DNA of 64,000 nucleotides from an uncultured delta proteobacterium (lineage in GTDB: Bacteria; Desulfobacterota; Binatia; UBA9968), in assembly GCA_963840855.1 (NCBI GenBank), contig CAWJBB010000040.1:256001-320000 (forward strand), read 5' to 3'. The first letter of the stretch is position 1. Every line of letters begins with the position of its first letter. The position numbers and the translations under genes are program-made. Shown here piece after piece: positions 52,383 to 62,432 of this stretch. The notes below the pieces were generated by a model. It saw only the letters and a list, made by a program, of their open reading frames with translations, made no database searches and was not told the DNA's origin.

Positions 52383-54056
52383 CTACTGGGTCACGGCACC
52401 TTCCGACGCCGACGAGACCAGTTTGGCATACTTCGCCATGACGCCGCTCTTGTAACGCGGCGGCGGAGCGCTCCAGTTGCGCAAACGCGCAGACATTTCT
52501 TCGGCGGAGATATCTACGTCGAGGCGGCGCGCCTTGATATCGAAAATCACCGTATCGCCATCGCGCACGGCGGCGATGGGGCCGCCGTGGGCCGCTTCGG
52601 GCGCAACATGACCGGCCATCAAGCCGTGGGTTGCACCGGAAAAGCGGCCGTCGGTGAGCAACGCGACCGAATCGCCTAATCCCGCGCCGACCAGCGCACC
52701 AGTCACGCCGAGCATCTCGCGCATTCCGGGTCCGCCTTTGGGTCCCTCATAACGGATGACAACGACATCATTATCTTTAATCTTGCCCGTCTGCACCGCT
52801 TGGAAGGCGTCCTCTTCGCGGTCAAAAACCCGCGCCGGTCCCTTGTGGATCATTCTTTCGTGACCGGCGACTTTGACGACGCAACCTGCCGGCGCCAGGT
52901 TGCCCTTGAGAATCACCAACCCGCCGGTGGATTTCAGCGGATTGGCCATCTGCCGCACAACCTCTTGGCCCGCGGTTTCCTTCGTTATCTCGACTGCCTC
53001 GCGGATGGTCTTGCCGGTCACGGTCATCGCGTCGCCGTGAATCAACCCGGCATCAACCAAGCGCTTGGCGACCAATTGAATCCCGCCGGCTTTATAAAGA
53101 TCGTTGGCGACGAATCGTCCGCCCGGCTTCAGATCGGCGATGAGCGGCGTGCGCTCGCTGATCCGGTCGAAATCATCGATGGTTAGTTCGACGCCCGCTT
53201 CGCGCGCGATGGCGAGCAAGTGCAAAACCGCATTGGTGGAACCACCGGTGGCGGCAACGGAAGCGATGGCATTTTCAATCGACCGCCGTGTGATGATTTG
53301 CGACGGGCGCAAGTCGCGCCGCAGCATGTCAACCACGAGCTTGCCGGCGTTGAACGCCGCTTCGTCTTTCTCTCCTACGGTGGCGGGAATACCGTTGCTG
53401 CCCAGCGGCGAGATGCCAAGAAATTCCATCACTGTGGACATAGTGTTGGCGGTGAACTGCCCACCGCAGGCGCCCGCGCCGGGGCAGGCGGTGTTTTCGA
53501 CCGCTCTGAACTGCTGCTCGTTGATGCGCCCGCTGGCGTAGGCGCCCACGGCTTCAAATACGTCTTGAATCGTCAGGTCCTTGTCATCCAGATGGCCCGG
53601 CGCGATGGAGCCGCCGTAGAGCGCAAGGCCAGGAATATCGAGGCGCGCCAGCGCCATGACGACGCCGGGGTTGGTTTTATCGCAACCGGAAAGACAGATG
53701 AGTCCGTCGAAGTGATTCCCCCGCGCGACCAATTCAATGGAATCGGCGATCACCTCGCGGCTGATAAGCGAGCACTTCATGCCCTCGACCCCCATGCTGA
53801 TGCCGTCGGAGATCGACACCGTATTGAACTCCATCGGCGTCGCGCCGGCGGCGCGGATGCCTTCTTTTACCTTGGCCGCCAGACGGCGCAAGTGCAAATT
53901 GCATGGGCCGATTTCGATCCAGGTATTGGCGACACCGATGATGGGACGCGACAAATCTTCGTCCGTAAACCCGGCCGCCTTCAGCATCGCCCGTGTCGGC
54001 GCGCGGTCCGGACCGTCGGTGATCACCCCGCTGCGCGGTTTCAGATTTTCCGCCAT
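52383..54056 (-). CDS. ilvD: Dihydroxy-acid dehydratase
   Basis: [46 protein letters not shown]. Confidence 0.97.
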   Translation of the reverse strand: MAENLKPRSGVITDGPDRAPTRAMLKAAGFTDEDLSRPIIGVANTWIEIGPCNLHLRRLAAKVKEGIRAAGATPMEFNTVSISDGISMGVEGMKCSLISREVIADSIELVARGNHFDGLICLSGCDKTNPGVVMALARLDIPGLALYGGSIAPGHLDDKDLTIQDVFEAVGAYASGRINEQQFRAVENTACPGAGACGGQFTANTMSTVMEFLGISPLGSNGIPATVGEKDEAAFNAGKLVVDMLRRDLRPSQIITRRSIENAIASVAATGGSTNAVLHLLAIAREAGVELTIDDFDRISERTPLIADLKPGGRFVANDLYKAGGIQLVAKRLVDAGLIHGDAMTVTGKTIREAVEITKETAGQEVVRQMANPLKSTGGLVILKGNLAPAGCVVKVAGHERMIHKGPARVFDREEDAFQAVQTGKIKDNDVVVIRYEGPKGGPGMREMLGVTGALVGAGLGDSVALLTDGRFSGATHGLMAGHVAPEAAHGGPIAAVRDGDTVIFDIKARRLDVDISAEEMSARLRNWSAPPPRYKSGVMAKYAKLVSSASEGAVTQ

Positions 54057-54266
54057 GAATGACTCCTTTATTTCCTATCCGTGTTTTCAACTTAACTATG
54101 CACCCTGAGCTTTGCAACCATACTTGTGGATGTGCCGGACCCTCACGCATTTATCTCACATCGGAAAAACAGCGGGCAATTACAAAGAAGCCTTGCCTTT
54201 TTCCAAAATACCCCCGGCCATTTTCAATACTCCGAGCGCTCGGCTATAATTACAACCGACCTGCTC

Positions 54267-55013
54267 ATGAAAAAACTCCTCGTTCTCCAGCATGTCGCCC
54301 ATGAGCTTCTCGGGACGTTAAATCCCCTGTTGAAGCAGTCGGGATTCCGCATCCGCTACGTAAACTTCGCGCGCCATCCGGATGCGCAACCGAGCTTGGA
54401 TGGCTACGGCGGCATGGTGATTTTGGGTGGACCGATGAGCGCAAATGATACGCATCAGTTGTCCCACCTGACGAGTGAGATGAAATTGATCGAAGAGGCC
54501 ATGCGGAGGGATCTGCCGGTGTTGGGGATCTGCCTGGGCGCTCAATTGGTCGCGAAAACGCTTGGCGCCGACGTTTACCCAAACAATGAAAAAGAAATCG
54601 GCTGGTATGACGTTTCCCCGACGGACGAGGCGAAAAACGATCCGCTGCTGGCTGAATTTCAAAGGATAGAGAAAATTTTTCAATGGCACGGGGATACATT
54701 TGACATCCCCAAAAGCGCCGTTCACCTCGCCCTGTCTTCCCTGTGTGCCAATCAGGCTTTTCGGTATGGCGCGAATGTCTATGGCCTTCAATTTCACCTA
54801 GAAGTCGACGAGCCGATGATTCATCGATGGCTTCGGGTCGCCGAAAACAAGAAAGAACTAACCGCCCTCGGCGGGAAGATCGATCCGCAGCGCATCCACC
54901 AGGAAACACCGGGTCACATGAGGAGACTCCATCAGTTGAGTGAGCGTGTTTTCGGTGAATTCATCAACCTGTTCGGCATCGGCAAGAAGTTTCGACAACT
55001 ACCCTCGCGCTGA
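54267..55013 (+). CDS. Class I glutamine amidotransferase-like protein
   Basis: LGGPMS, LGICLGAQ, WHGD, QFHLE. Confidence 0.9.
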   Translation: MKKLLVLQHVAHELLGTLNPLLKQSGFRIRYVNFARHPDAQPSLDGYGGMVILGGPMSANDTHQLSHLTSEMKLIEEAMRRDLPVLGICLGAQLVAKTLGADVYPNNEKEIGWYDVSPTDEAKNDPLLAEFQRIEKIFQWHGDTFDIPKSAVHLALSSLCANQAFRYGANVYGLQFHLEVDEPMIHRWLRVAENKKELTALGGKIDPQRIHQETPGHMRRLHQLSERVFGEFINLFGIGKKFRQLPSR

Positions 55014-55032
55014 CTGGCGCGACGGCGCGTGC

Positions 55033-55146
55033 GGTTCAACGGCTTCGCCAGTTCAAGGTTCAAGGTTCAAAGTTTAACGTCCCCACGTCCCAACCTTGAA
55101 CCCGGAACTTTGAACCGCGCCGAAGGCGCCACATTGGACTTTGAAC
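55033..55146. repeat. Inverted heptamer arrays between convergent genes
   Basis: AGTTCAA GGTTCAA GGTTCAA AGTTTAA ... TTGAACC CGGAACT TTGAACC ... TTGGACT TTGAAC. Confidence 0.8.
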
Positions 55147-55169
55147 GCCAACCTGGAATGCGCTACCGA

Positions 55170-56381
55170 TTATCGCCCCGCTATTTGATAGTCCCGCACA
55201 TGCGGGAATCTGAAAACCAGCAGCGCGACGATGAGCAGAATCGCCCACCCGCCGCTCATGGTAGCCAGCTCCGCGCCGACGAGGGCGGCCAGCGCTCCCG
55301 CTTCGAATTGCCCCAGCTGCGGCCCGCAGTTGGTAAAAAGACTGTTTATCGATGACATTCGGCCGCGCAATTCATCGGGTGTCGCGAGCTGATTGATCGT
55401 CGACCGCATGATGGCGCTGATCGTGTCGCCGATGCCTGAAATCGCCAGTAGAAACACGGAAAACCAAAATACCTGAGAGGTTGCGAACAGAACGATCGAA
55501 AGCCCATAGACCGTCACACCGGCCAGTATCCACGCGCCGGCGCGGCGCGTGCGCCCGATAAAGCTCAAGCCGATGGCTCCGGTCAACGAGCCAAATGCGG
55601 ATGCCGCGTAAAGAATCCCCAGCCCCCGGGGACCGACGGAGAGAATATCTTTAGCGTAGATCGGCAACAAAGCCCGCACCGTGCCAAAAATATTGGCGCC
55701 GAAATCCATGACCAGCAGCGGAAAAATCACCGCGTGATTCAACACAAAGCTGAAACCGGCACGAAGGGATTCGAAGGAGACCGCGCGCCGTCCTTCGCCC
55801 TCCGGCAATGGCGTTCTAATCGACAATACCGAGACAAACATGATGAGCCATGAAACGGCGTCGATTGCGTAGCAGATAGCGGGTCCCCACGCCGCTATCA
55901 TCACGCCCGCTGCCGCCGGTCCGGCGATCGTCGCGACGTGACGTTGCGAGTTATAGATCGCCAGCGCCGCCGCGAGGTCTTCTCGCGGAACCAGGTTCGA
56001 GACAATCGAATGGCGCGCCGGCGCTTCCAACGAGCTGAACAACGCCAAAGCGACGGTCGCCGCATACAAGGTCGGCGGCGTTGTCTTTTCAGTGAAGGTC
56101 GAGAACGCAAGAGCCGCGGAAACCACGAGCAGAATCGACTGCGTGCACAAGATCACCTTGCGGCGATTGAGCGCATCGGCTAGAAGCCCGCCGAAAAGCA
56201 GCATGGCAACCTGCGGCACGCCACGGGCCAATCCCATGAACCCCAGCTGCAGCGGCGAGTTAGTCAGCTCATAGATTTGCCACGCTATCGCCATGGTGGT
56301 GAACTGGCTGCCGACGCTGGACAACAGCAAACCGCCCCAGAAAATACGGTAGTCGCGGTGGCGGAGCGGGGAAAGTAGCAT
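55170..56381 (-). CDS. MFS transporter (MFS_3/EntS-like)
   Basis: About 12 TM segments; GLLADALNRR; TPDELRGR. Confidence 0.9.
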   Translation of the reverse strand: MLLSPLRHRDYRIFWGGLLLSSVGSQFTTMAIAWQIYELTNSPLQLGFMGLARGVPQVAMLLFGGLLADALNRRKVILCTQSILLVVSAALAFSTFTEKTTPPTLYAATVALALFSSLEAPARHSIVSNLVPREDLAAALAIYNSQRHVATIAGPAAAGVMIAAWGPAICYAIDAVSWLIMFVSVLSIRTPLPEGEGRRAVSFESLRAGFSFVLNHAVIFPLLVMDFGANIFGTVRALLPIYAKDILSVGPRGLGILYAASAFGSLTGAIGLSFIGRTRRAGAWILAGVTVYGLSIVLFATSQVFWFSVFLLAISGIGDTISAIMRSTINQLATPDELRGRMSSINSLFTNCGPQLGQFEAGALAALVGAELATMSGGWAILLIVALLVFRFPHVRDYQIAGR

Positions 56382-56419
56382 GAGGCAGTGGGTTCAACGC
56401 GATCCGACGCAAGGCGTCT

Positions 56420-56459
56420 CGTTCAAGACGTTCAAACCGTTCAAGCCGTTCAAGTCGTT
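56420..56459. repeat. Nonamer tandem array (CGTTCAANN)n
   Basis: CGTTCAAGA CGTTCAAAC CGTTCAAGC CGTTCAAGT CGTT. Confidence 0.85.
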
Positions 56460-56504
56460 ATCGGAGCGCAACCAGCCTCGCAAACAGACATTTCCGGCGC
56501 CTAT

Positions 56505-57326
56505 TCACTTTTGGCAGGTCGGGCAATAAAAAGCGCTGCGGTTACCGATGGCGACCCGCTTGATGACGCTCGGACAGAGGCGGCACTTTTCTCCGTCTCT
56601 GTCATACACCCGCAGATGGTTCTGAAATTCCCCGGATTTGTCATCGGCATCGCGATAATCGGAAAACGACGTGCCGCACCAGCGAATCGCGTCGCCAAGC
56701 AGGTCTGGGATCGCGACCGCAATCCCGTGAACTTGTTTACGCGTCAATCGATGAGCACGTGCGGTCGGTTTGATTCCGGTCAGGGATAGGATTTCATTGG
56801 CGTAGATGTTGCCCAGGCCGCCAACGATTTGCTGGTCGACCAAGAGATCGCGGATGCGCCGCTCCGAGGCGCGCGTGAAACGAAACAGATATTCGCCGTT
56901 TAGCGCCGGATCGAAGGGGTCCAATCCGACATGGCGCAGCTGCGGTAATTCAAGCAGCCGATCTTTTTTCGCCACTAACGACAAGCCAAAACGGCGCGGA
57001 TCGTGATAGCGCAATTCACCGCCGCCGTCCAAGTCGACGATGATGTGATCGTGTTTCTGGCGCGCCGTATTCGGTGCGACACAAATCAGTTTGCCCGACA
57101 TGCCGAGGTGAAAAACCCAAACGTTGTCTCCCGATAGGTTGAGCAAAATATATTTGGCGAGGCGCGAAATCGTATCGACCCGTTTACCGGCCAATGACTT
57201 GAGCCCCTTTTCGTCCACCCGCACGCGCAGGCGCGGCTCCAGGACTCGGACTCGGCGAATCGTTCGGCCCAAAAGGTGCGGCCGCAAGCTGCGGCACACC
57301 GTTTCAACTTCGGGAAGTTCGGGCAT
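56505..57326 (-). CDS. mutM: Formamidopyrimidine-DNA glycosylase
   Basis: MPELPEVE, HLGMSG, DPRRFG, GLGNIYANE, C-terminal zinc finger. Confidence 0.98.
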   Translation of the reverse strand: MPELPEVETVCRSLRPHLLGRTIRRVRVLEPRLRVRVDEKGLKSLAGKRVDTISRLAKYILLNLSGDNVWVFHLGMSGKLICVAPNTARQKHDHIIVDLDGGGELRYHDPRRFGLSLVAKKDRLLELPQLRHVGLDPFDPALNGEYLFRFTRASERRIRDLLVDQQIVGGLGNIYANEILSLTGIKPTARAHRLTRKQVHGIAVAIPDLLGDAIRWCGTSFSDYRDADDKSGEFQNHLRVYDRDGEKCRLCPSVIKRVAIGNRSAFYCPTCQK

Positions 57327-57332
57327 GGCTTT

Positions 57333-58199
57333 TTAGCAATCGACTTTCGGCGGCAGCAGTCCAGAATCGTTCAGCGCCCGGGAAAGATTGACAAATTCAT
57401 CGATGCTCAGCGTTTCACCGCGTCGTTTCGGGTCGATATCGCGGGTGCGAAGATAACCATCGATATCTTCCCGGCTTTGCCTTAGCCAAGTCTTCATCGT
57501 GTTGCCAAGCGTCTTTCGTCGTTGTCCGAAGGCCGCGCGCAACAAGTCGCGCAAAACCAAGCGCTCTCGCTCGGTCAGTCGCGGCTCCGGCAGCAACTCG
57601 ATTTTCAACACCGTCGATCTAACTTTCGGCCGTGGCGAAAATGCCTCCGGCGCCACCGACACTTTATCGACAACCCGCCCGTGAACCTGGCACCAGACCG
57701 ACAGAGTCCCATAGGACTTGGTTCCGGGCCGGCTGGCGATTCGGTCGGCCACTTCCTTCTGTACCATCAAAACCAACGAGGAAAAATGCTCCCGCGCTTG
57801 GAGCAGGCGAAAAAACACCTGCGTCGAAATGTTATAAGGCAAATTGGCGGCGAGTTTGACCTTCTTCGCCGGCAGTAAATCGTCCAGGGGCACATTCAAT
57901 ATATCCCCATGAACTAGACGCAAACGGGAATCGGAACCCAAGGGGCTGCGTTTGATTCTCTCTACCAGCAGATCATCCACCTCGACGGCATAAACCCGAT
58001 TCGCCAGCTCAACCAGACGACGAGTCAAAAAACCAAGCCCCGGACCGATCTCCAGCACGTCATCATCAGATCTGAGATCGAGGAGTCGCAGGATCGAATC
58101 GATAACGCGCTCGTGAATGAGAAAGTTCTGACCAAGCCGCTTCCTCGGCCGGAATTGAGACTCCCGCAGCGCCGCCCGCACTTCTTCATAGAGGGTCAT
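57333..58199 (-). CDS. rsmA: 16S rRNA dimethyladenosine transferase
   Basis: KRLGQNFL, EIGPGLG, ANLPYNIS, MVQKEVA, FGQRRKT. Confidence 0.97.
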   Translation of the reverse strand: MTLYEEVRAALRESQFRPRKRLGQNFLIHERVIDSILRLLDLRSDDDVLEIGPGLGFLTRRLVELANRVYAVEVDDLLVERIKRSPLGSDSRLRLVHGDILNVPLDDLLPAKKVKLAANLPYNISTQVFFRLLQAREHFSSLVLMVQKEVADRIASRPGTKSYGTLSVWCQVHGRVVDKVSVAPEAFSPRPKVRSTVLKIELLPEPRLTERERLVLRDLLRAAFGQRRKTLGNTMKTWLRQSREDIDGYLRTRDIDPKRRGETLSIDEFVNLSRALNDSGLLPPKVDC

Positions 58200-58216
58200 C
58201 GCGATCCCTGGAACGA

Positions 58217-58236
58217 TTGAACCTTGAACTTTGAAC
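58217..58236. repeat. Heptamer array (TTGAACY)3
   Basis: Between tsaD and rsmA. Confidence 0.75.
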
Positions 58237-58240
58237 AAAA

Positions 58241-59230
58241 TTAGAGCGTCAGATCGGCGTCGGCGTTAAGACGATAGTCGTCGCGGCGCCCGCGCGTGAG
58301 CCACTCATAACCGGCCAGAGCGATCATCGCGCCGTTGTCGGTGCAGAACTTCGGCGCGGGAAAAAACGTCTCGATATTATCAGCGCCGGCTTTTTCCTTC
58401 ATTTTCGCCCGAAGCCGGCTATTGGCCGCAACACCCCCGGACAGTACGATGCGCTCCACGCCCGTGGCACGGGCCGCCTTGATCGTCGGCTGCACCAACA
58501 TGTCTACCACGGCCTCTTGAAAACTTGCGGCGATGTCCTCCCGACGGCCCGCCTCCGCCGCAGATTTCAGATAGTGCCACACGGCAGTCTTGATGCCACT
58601 AAAGCTGAACTCGTAGCTGTCTTTTTGAAATCGCGCCCGTGGAAAACGGATAGCGGCATGATCGCCGTTTTTCGCCAGTTCGTCGATGATTCGGCCGCCC
58701 GGATAACCAAGTCCCATCGTTTTCGCCACCTTGTCGAAGGCTTCCCCCGCTGCGTCGTCGCGCGTGCCGCCGAGAAAAAGATATTGGCCGACATCCTTCA
58801 CACAATAAAGCAACGTATGCCCGCCCGACGCCAATAAAGCTATATACGGGAATTGTACCGTTTGCTCCAGTTGAATCGCCAGAAGATGGGCTTCCAAATG
58901 ATTGACGCCCACGTACGGGATGCCCCAGCGAAACGCGAGGCCCTTGGCCAACGAAAGCCCCACCAGTAGCGAGCCGACGAGTCCCGGACCGTAGGTGACG
59001 GCGATGCCACCAATTTCGGGAAACTTGACACCGGCGTTTTGCAGCGCGGCGTCGATGATGGGCAAAATATTCTGGCTATGCTGGCGCGACGCCAGCTCCG
59101 GCACCACGCCGCCGTAAGGACCATGCACATGGTCTTGCGAGGAGACTACATTGGCGAGAATCTCACGGCCGTCGCGCAAGAGCGCCACGGCTGTATCGTC
59201 GCAGGAAGTTTCAACACCGAGGACCAACAT
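58241..59230 (-). CDS. tsaD: tRNA N6-threonylcarbamoyltransferase
   Basis: GVETSCDDT, GGVVPELASR, NHLEAH, SGGH, DDAAGEAFDK, TDNGAMIA. Confidence 0.98.
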   Translation of the reverse strand: MLVLGVETSCDDTAVALLRDGREILANVVSSQDHVHGPYGGVVPELASRQHSQNILPIIDAALQNAGVKFPEIGGIAVTYGPGLVGSLLVGLSLAKGLAFRWGIPYVGVNHLEAHLLAIQLEQTVQFPYIALLASGGHTLLYCVKDVGQYLFLGGTRDDAAGEAFDKVAKTMGLGYPGGRIIDELAKNGDHAAIRFPRARFQKDSYEFSFSGIKTAVWHYLKSAAEAGRREDIAASFQEAVVDMLVQPTIKAARATGVERIVLSGGVAANSRLRAKMKEKAGADNIETFFPAPKFCTDNGAMIALAGYEWLTRGRRDDYRLNADADLTL

Positions 59231-59242
59231 GGAAATCTTTTT

Positions 59243-60001
59243 TCAGCGCGGCACAGCGACAGGGTTGCCCGTTGAGCGGGATAGCGCTTCGACCGCCGTG
59301 CGGTTGCCGGGGTTGATGCTTAACGCTCTGCTGAAGCTCGCCTCGGCGCGCTCCGTCATGCCTAGGGCGCGGAAATTTTCGCCCCTGAGCGCGTGCACTT
59401 CGGCGAGCCAGTAAGGCTCAGCTGCCAGACGAGATTCGGTGACATCGAGAAAGTTGAGCGACTCTTTATAACGCCCAAGCTTGTGATGCGCTCTGGCGAG
59501 ATAGAAGTAGCCGTAGGGGTTCGTGGAGTCGATGGTGATACTCTGCTCTAATCGCTGCAGCCCTTTGGCGGGGGCTCCGGCATCGATGAGCTTCCTGCCT
59601 TCTTCCGTAAGCCGGAGCGATGCGGCGCGTTGTGGCGGGATGCCAGGAGTGATCTTCGCAAGCAACGAACTGTCATCCGGCAACGGCGGTGGCTGCCCGG
59701 GCTGCGCCGGGATGCCGGTCGGCGCCGGCGCCGCCGGTATATCCTTGAGAACGCGCTTGGTGCTCGTTCCCGTGGTCGGCAGGTTTTGCTCTTTAATCTT
59801 GGGGTCCTCTGGGAACGGCTTGCGAATCGATTCCTGAACTGGCGGCAGCTGGGGCAGAGGAGCGGGGTCCGGCGCGCGGCTGATCGGCGGCGGCGCACGG
59901 TATATCGGACGCGGCGCGCAGCTTTGCGCTGCGCCGACCGAGATTAACAACGCGATTCCCGCCGAAATCTTCCCGGCGTATATGTTTTTAAGCGCACCCA
60001 C
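59243..60001 (-). CDS. TPR-containing lipoprotein
   Basis: AQSC lipobox-like site, Pro-rich linker, TPR helices; downstream of PBP1b. Confidence 0.7.
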   Translation of the reverse strand: MGALKNIYAGKISAGIALLISVGAAQSCAPRPIYRAPPPISRAPDPAPLPQLPPVQESIRKPFPEDPKIKEQNLPTTGTSTKRVLKDIPAAPAPTGIPAQPGQPPPLPDDSSLLAKITPGIPPQRAASLRLTEEGRKLIDAGAPAKGLQRLEQSITIDSTNPYGYFYLARAHHKLGRYKESLNFLDVTESRLAAEPYWLAEVHALRGENFRALGMTERAEASFSRALSINPGNRTAVEALSRSTGNPVAVPR

Positions 60002-60010
60002 CTAATTGCA

Positions 60011-62323
60011 TCACCAAAACTTCCAGGTTTGTAAAGGCGTCGAGTGCAACGGACAGGTACCGCGCGGCTCATCGCCTTCCTGGAACGCCTCGCGGATTAC
60101 ATTGGGACAGTTCGGCGTCGCCAGCTGACCACTCAATGGATCGATATCCACCATCTTGATACCGGGCGGTGCGATGAAATCGGAGATCGGCATCCCCGCC
60201 GTGGCCTGCTTCATGAACTCCGTCCAGATGGGCAGCGCTGCTTGGGCGCCGGTAAGTCCCAACTTACTCTGGTTGTCGAAACCGACCCAGACAACTGCCA
60301 AAAGATCCGGCGTGTAGCCTACGAACCAGGCGTCTTTATTATCGTTCGTTGTGCCGGTCTTGCCAGCCGCGGGCCGGGTAAAACCCAACCGCCGCGCGCT
60401 TTCTGCTGTGCCGCGATCAAAAACGCCCTTGAGAAGATGATTGATTGTAAAAGCCGCTTGAGGAGACAGGATCTTTTCCACCCGCACATCGCGCTTCTCG
60501 AGCACCTGCCCGCTTGGATCCATCACCTGTTTGACTGATAGCGGACGCGTCCGCACGCCGTTGTTGGCGAGAGTCGAAAACGCCACCGCAACCTCCAACG
60601 GCGTCACCTCCACCGCACCCAACGCCAGCGACGGCAATGCCGGCAAAGAAGATTCAATGCCAAGGCGTTGGGCCAAATCGCGCACGCGCTTGATTCCCAC
60701 GTCCCGCGCCACCCTGGCGGTGGCGGAGTTCAGCGATTTTTCCAGGGCGCGCCGAAAAGTCGCCGTGCCGAGATATTCGTCATTATAGTTGCCCGGCTTC
60801 CACTCTTGGTTTTCATAGTTCCAGATAAATGGCGAGTCTTCCAGCATAGTCACCGGAGTGAATCTACTGCCGCTTTCGGCGCCAAACATGAGCGCCGCTA
60901 AATAGACAAAAGGTTTGAATACAGACCCCGGCTGGCGCTTGGCCTGAAAGCCACGGTTGAATTGCGAGATTTGGTAGCTGCGTCCTCCCACCATCGCCTT
61001 GATTTCACCGGTCTGCGGCCGGATGACGATAATTGCTCCTTCCAATTTATCGCCCTCGCCTTTGCGCCGCAGCGAGGCATAAGTTTCTTCCAGCTTCTTA
61101 AGTCCGTCAGTGAGGGCGCGCTCGGCGATTTTCTGAAGGTACAAGTCTAGACCGCTAAAAATCCGCAGCCCGTCTGTAGTCAACACCGCGTTTGAATAGT
61201 TCTCGGCGAGCTCGCGCCGCAGAAAATCCGCGTAGTACGGCGCGTCATTGGTGACCTTCACCAGCTCGCGTCGGACCACCGGCTCTTTGATCGCCGCGTT
61301 GTATTGCTTGAGAGTAATTACCTTATCGTCCTGGAGCTTCGCCAGCACGACGTTTCGGCGCTTAGTGGCCTCTGCCACGCTGCGATAGGGCGATAAGCGG
61401 TTGGGCGCGCGAATCAAACCGGCCAGTATCGCGATTTCGCCCACCGTAAGCTCCGCCAGTGGCTTGGAGAAATAAAACTTCGCCGCCTCAGAAACGCCGA
61501 AGATTCCCTGGGACCCCTTCTGCCCCATGTAGATCTCGTTGAGATAGTTTTCCAGAATCTCGTTTTTGGAATATTTACTTTCCGCGATGAACGCCATCAC
61601 CGCTTCCTTGACTTTGCGGGTAAGCGTACGTTCGTCGCTGAGAAAGAAGTTTTTCATCAACTGTTGGGTCAGCGTGCTGCCGCCTTGCACGACCCCGGCG
61701 CTGCGCAGATTGATCCATGTCGCGCGCAATATCGACACGGGATCGACGCCGTGATGCTGGTAGAAGCGCTCGTCCTCGATGGCAAGAATCGCTTTGATCA
61801 ATAAAGGCGGAACTTCCTTGAGCGAAACCACCCGGCGCTCCTGCCAAATATTGTCATAGAGTCCGGTAATAAGTTCCGGTTCCAGCTCCAGGGAAAATAT
61901 CTCTCCGCCGTCGACGATGTTTTCGATGCGCGTGATAACCGATCCTTGCAACGCAATGCGGACGGGATGCCCCTTGAAAGCTTCGGTGGGATAAACGAAG
62001 TCCTGAAGATAAATCTCCAAAAGCCCCTGCGACGACTGATAACGGTACTCTCCCTTGCTTTTGGGCGCCCCCTGAACCTCATGGTAACCGAGGCGGCGCA
62101 GTTTTTCTTTTAGCTCCTCGGGACGCAAACTGATACCGACGTAAAGAAGGTAACTATCGGAATAGATTTTCGAGGGCAGGCGCCACTTCTTCCCTTCAAA
62201 TTTTTCCGCTACGATTTTCTCCCAGTCTTTGAGATACCATCCGCCGAATACAATCCCGGTGGTGGTAATGACGAGCAGAGTAATGAGGGACGCGCTAAAG
62301 ATTCTGAGGTTGGACTTGTTCAA
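60011..62323 (-). CDS. mrcB: Class A penicillin-binding protein 1B
   Basis: UB2H-like region, EDERF, QGGSTLTQQL, GSVFKP, SLN, GKTGT. Confidence 0.92.
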   Translation of the reverse strand: MNKSNLRIFSASLITLLVITTTGIVFGGWYLKDWEKIVAEKFEGKKWRLPSKIYSDSYLLYVGISLRPEELKEKLRRLGYHEVQGAPKSKGEYRYQSSQGLLEIYLQDFVYPTEAFKGHPVRIALQGSVITRIENIVDGGEIFSLELEPELITGLYDNIWQERRVVSLKEVPPLLIKAILAIEDERFYQHHGVDPVSILRATWINLRSAGVVQGGSTLTQQLMKNFFLSDERTLTRKVKEAVMAFIAESKYSKNEILENYLNEIYMGQKGSQGIFGVSEAAKFYFSKPLAELTVGEIAILAGLIRAPNRLSPYRSVAEATKRRNVVLAKLQDDKVITLKQYNAAIKEPVVRRELVKVTNDAPYYADFLRRELAENYSNAVLTTDGLRIFSGLDLYLQKIAERALTDGLKKLEETYASLRRKGEGDKLEGAIIVIRPQTGEIKAMVGGRSYQISQFNRGFQAKRQPGSVFKPFVYLAALMFGAESGSRFTPVTMLEDSPFIWNYENQEWKPGNYNDEYLGTATFRRALEKSLNSATARVARDVGIKRVRDLAQRLGIESSLPALPSLALGAVEVTPLEVAVAFSTLANNGVRTRPLSVKQVMDPSGQVLEKRDVRVEKILSPQAAFTINHLLKGVFDRGTAESARRLGFTRPAAGKTGTTNDNKDAWFVGYTPDLLAVVWVGFDNQSKLGLTGAQAALPIWTEFMKQATAGMPISDFIAPPGIKMVDIDPLSGQLATPNCPNVIREAFQEGDEPRGTCPLHSTPLQTWKFW

Positions 62324-62432
62324 ACCAGAGTCTCCGCAACAGCCTTAATAATCACGCAGATTCCGGCTAAAAGCAACGCGCGCGCTCGGCCACAGCGCGG
62401 CCCGGCGCGATGTCGTGAAAGAAATGAAATGA

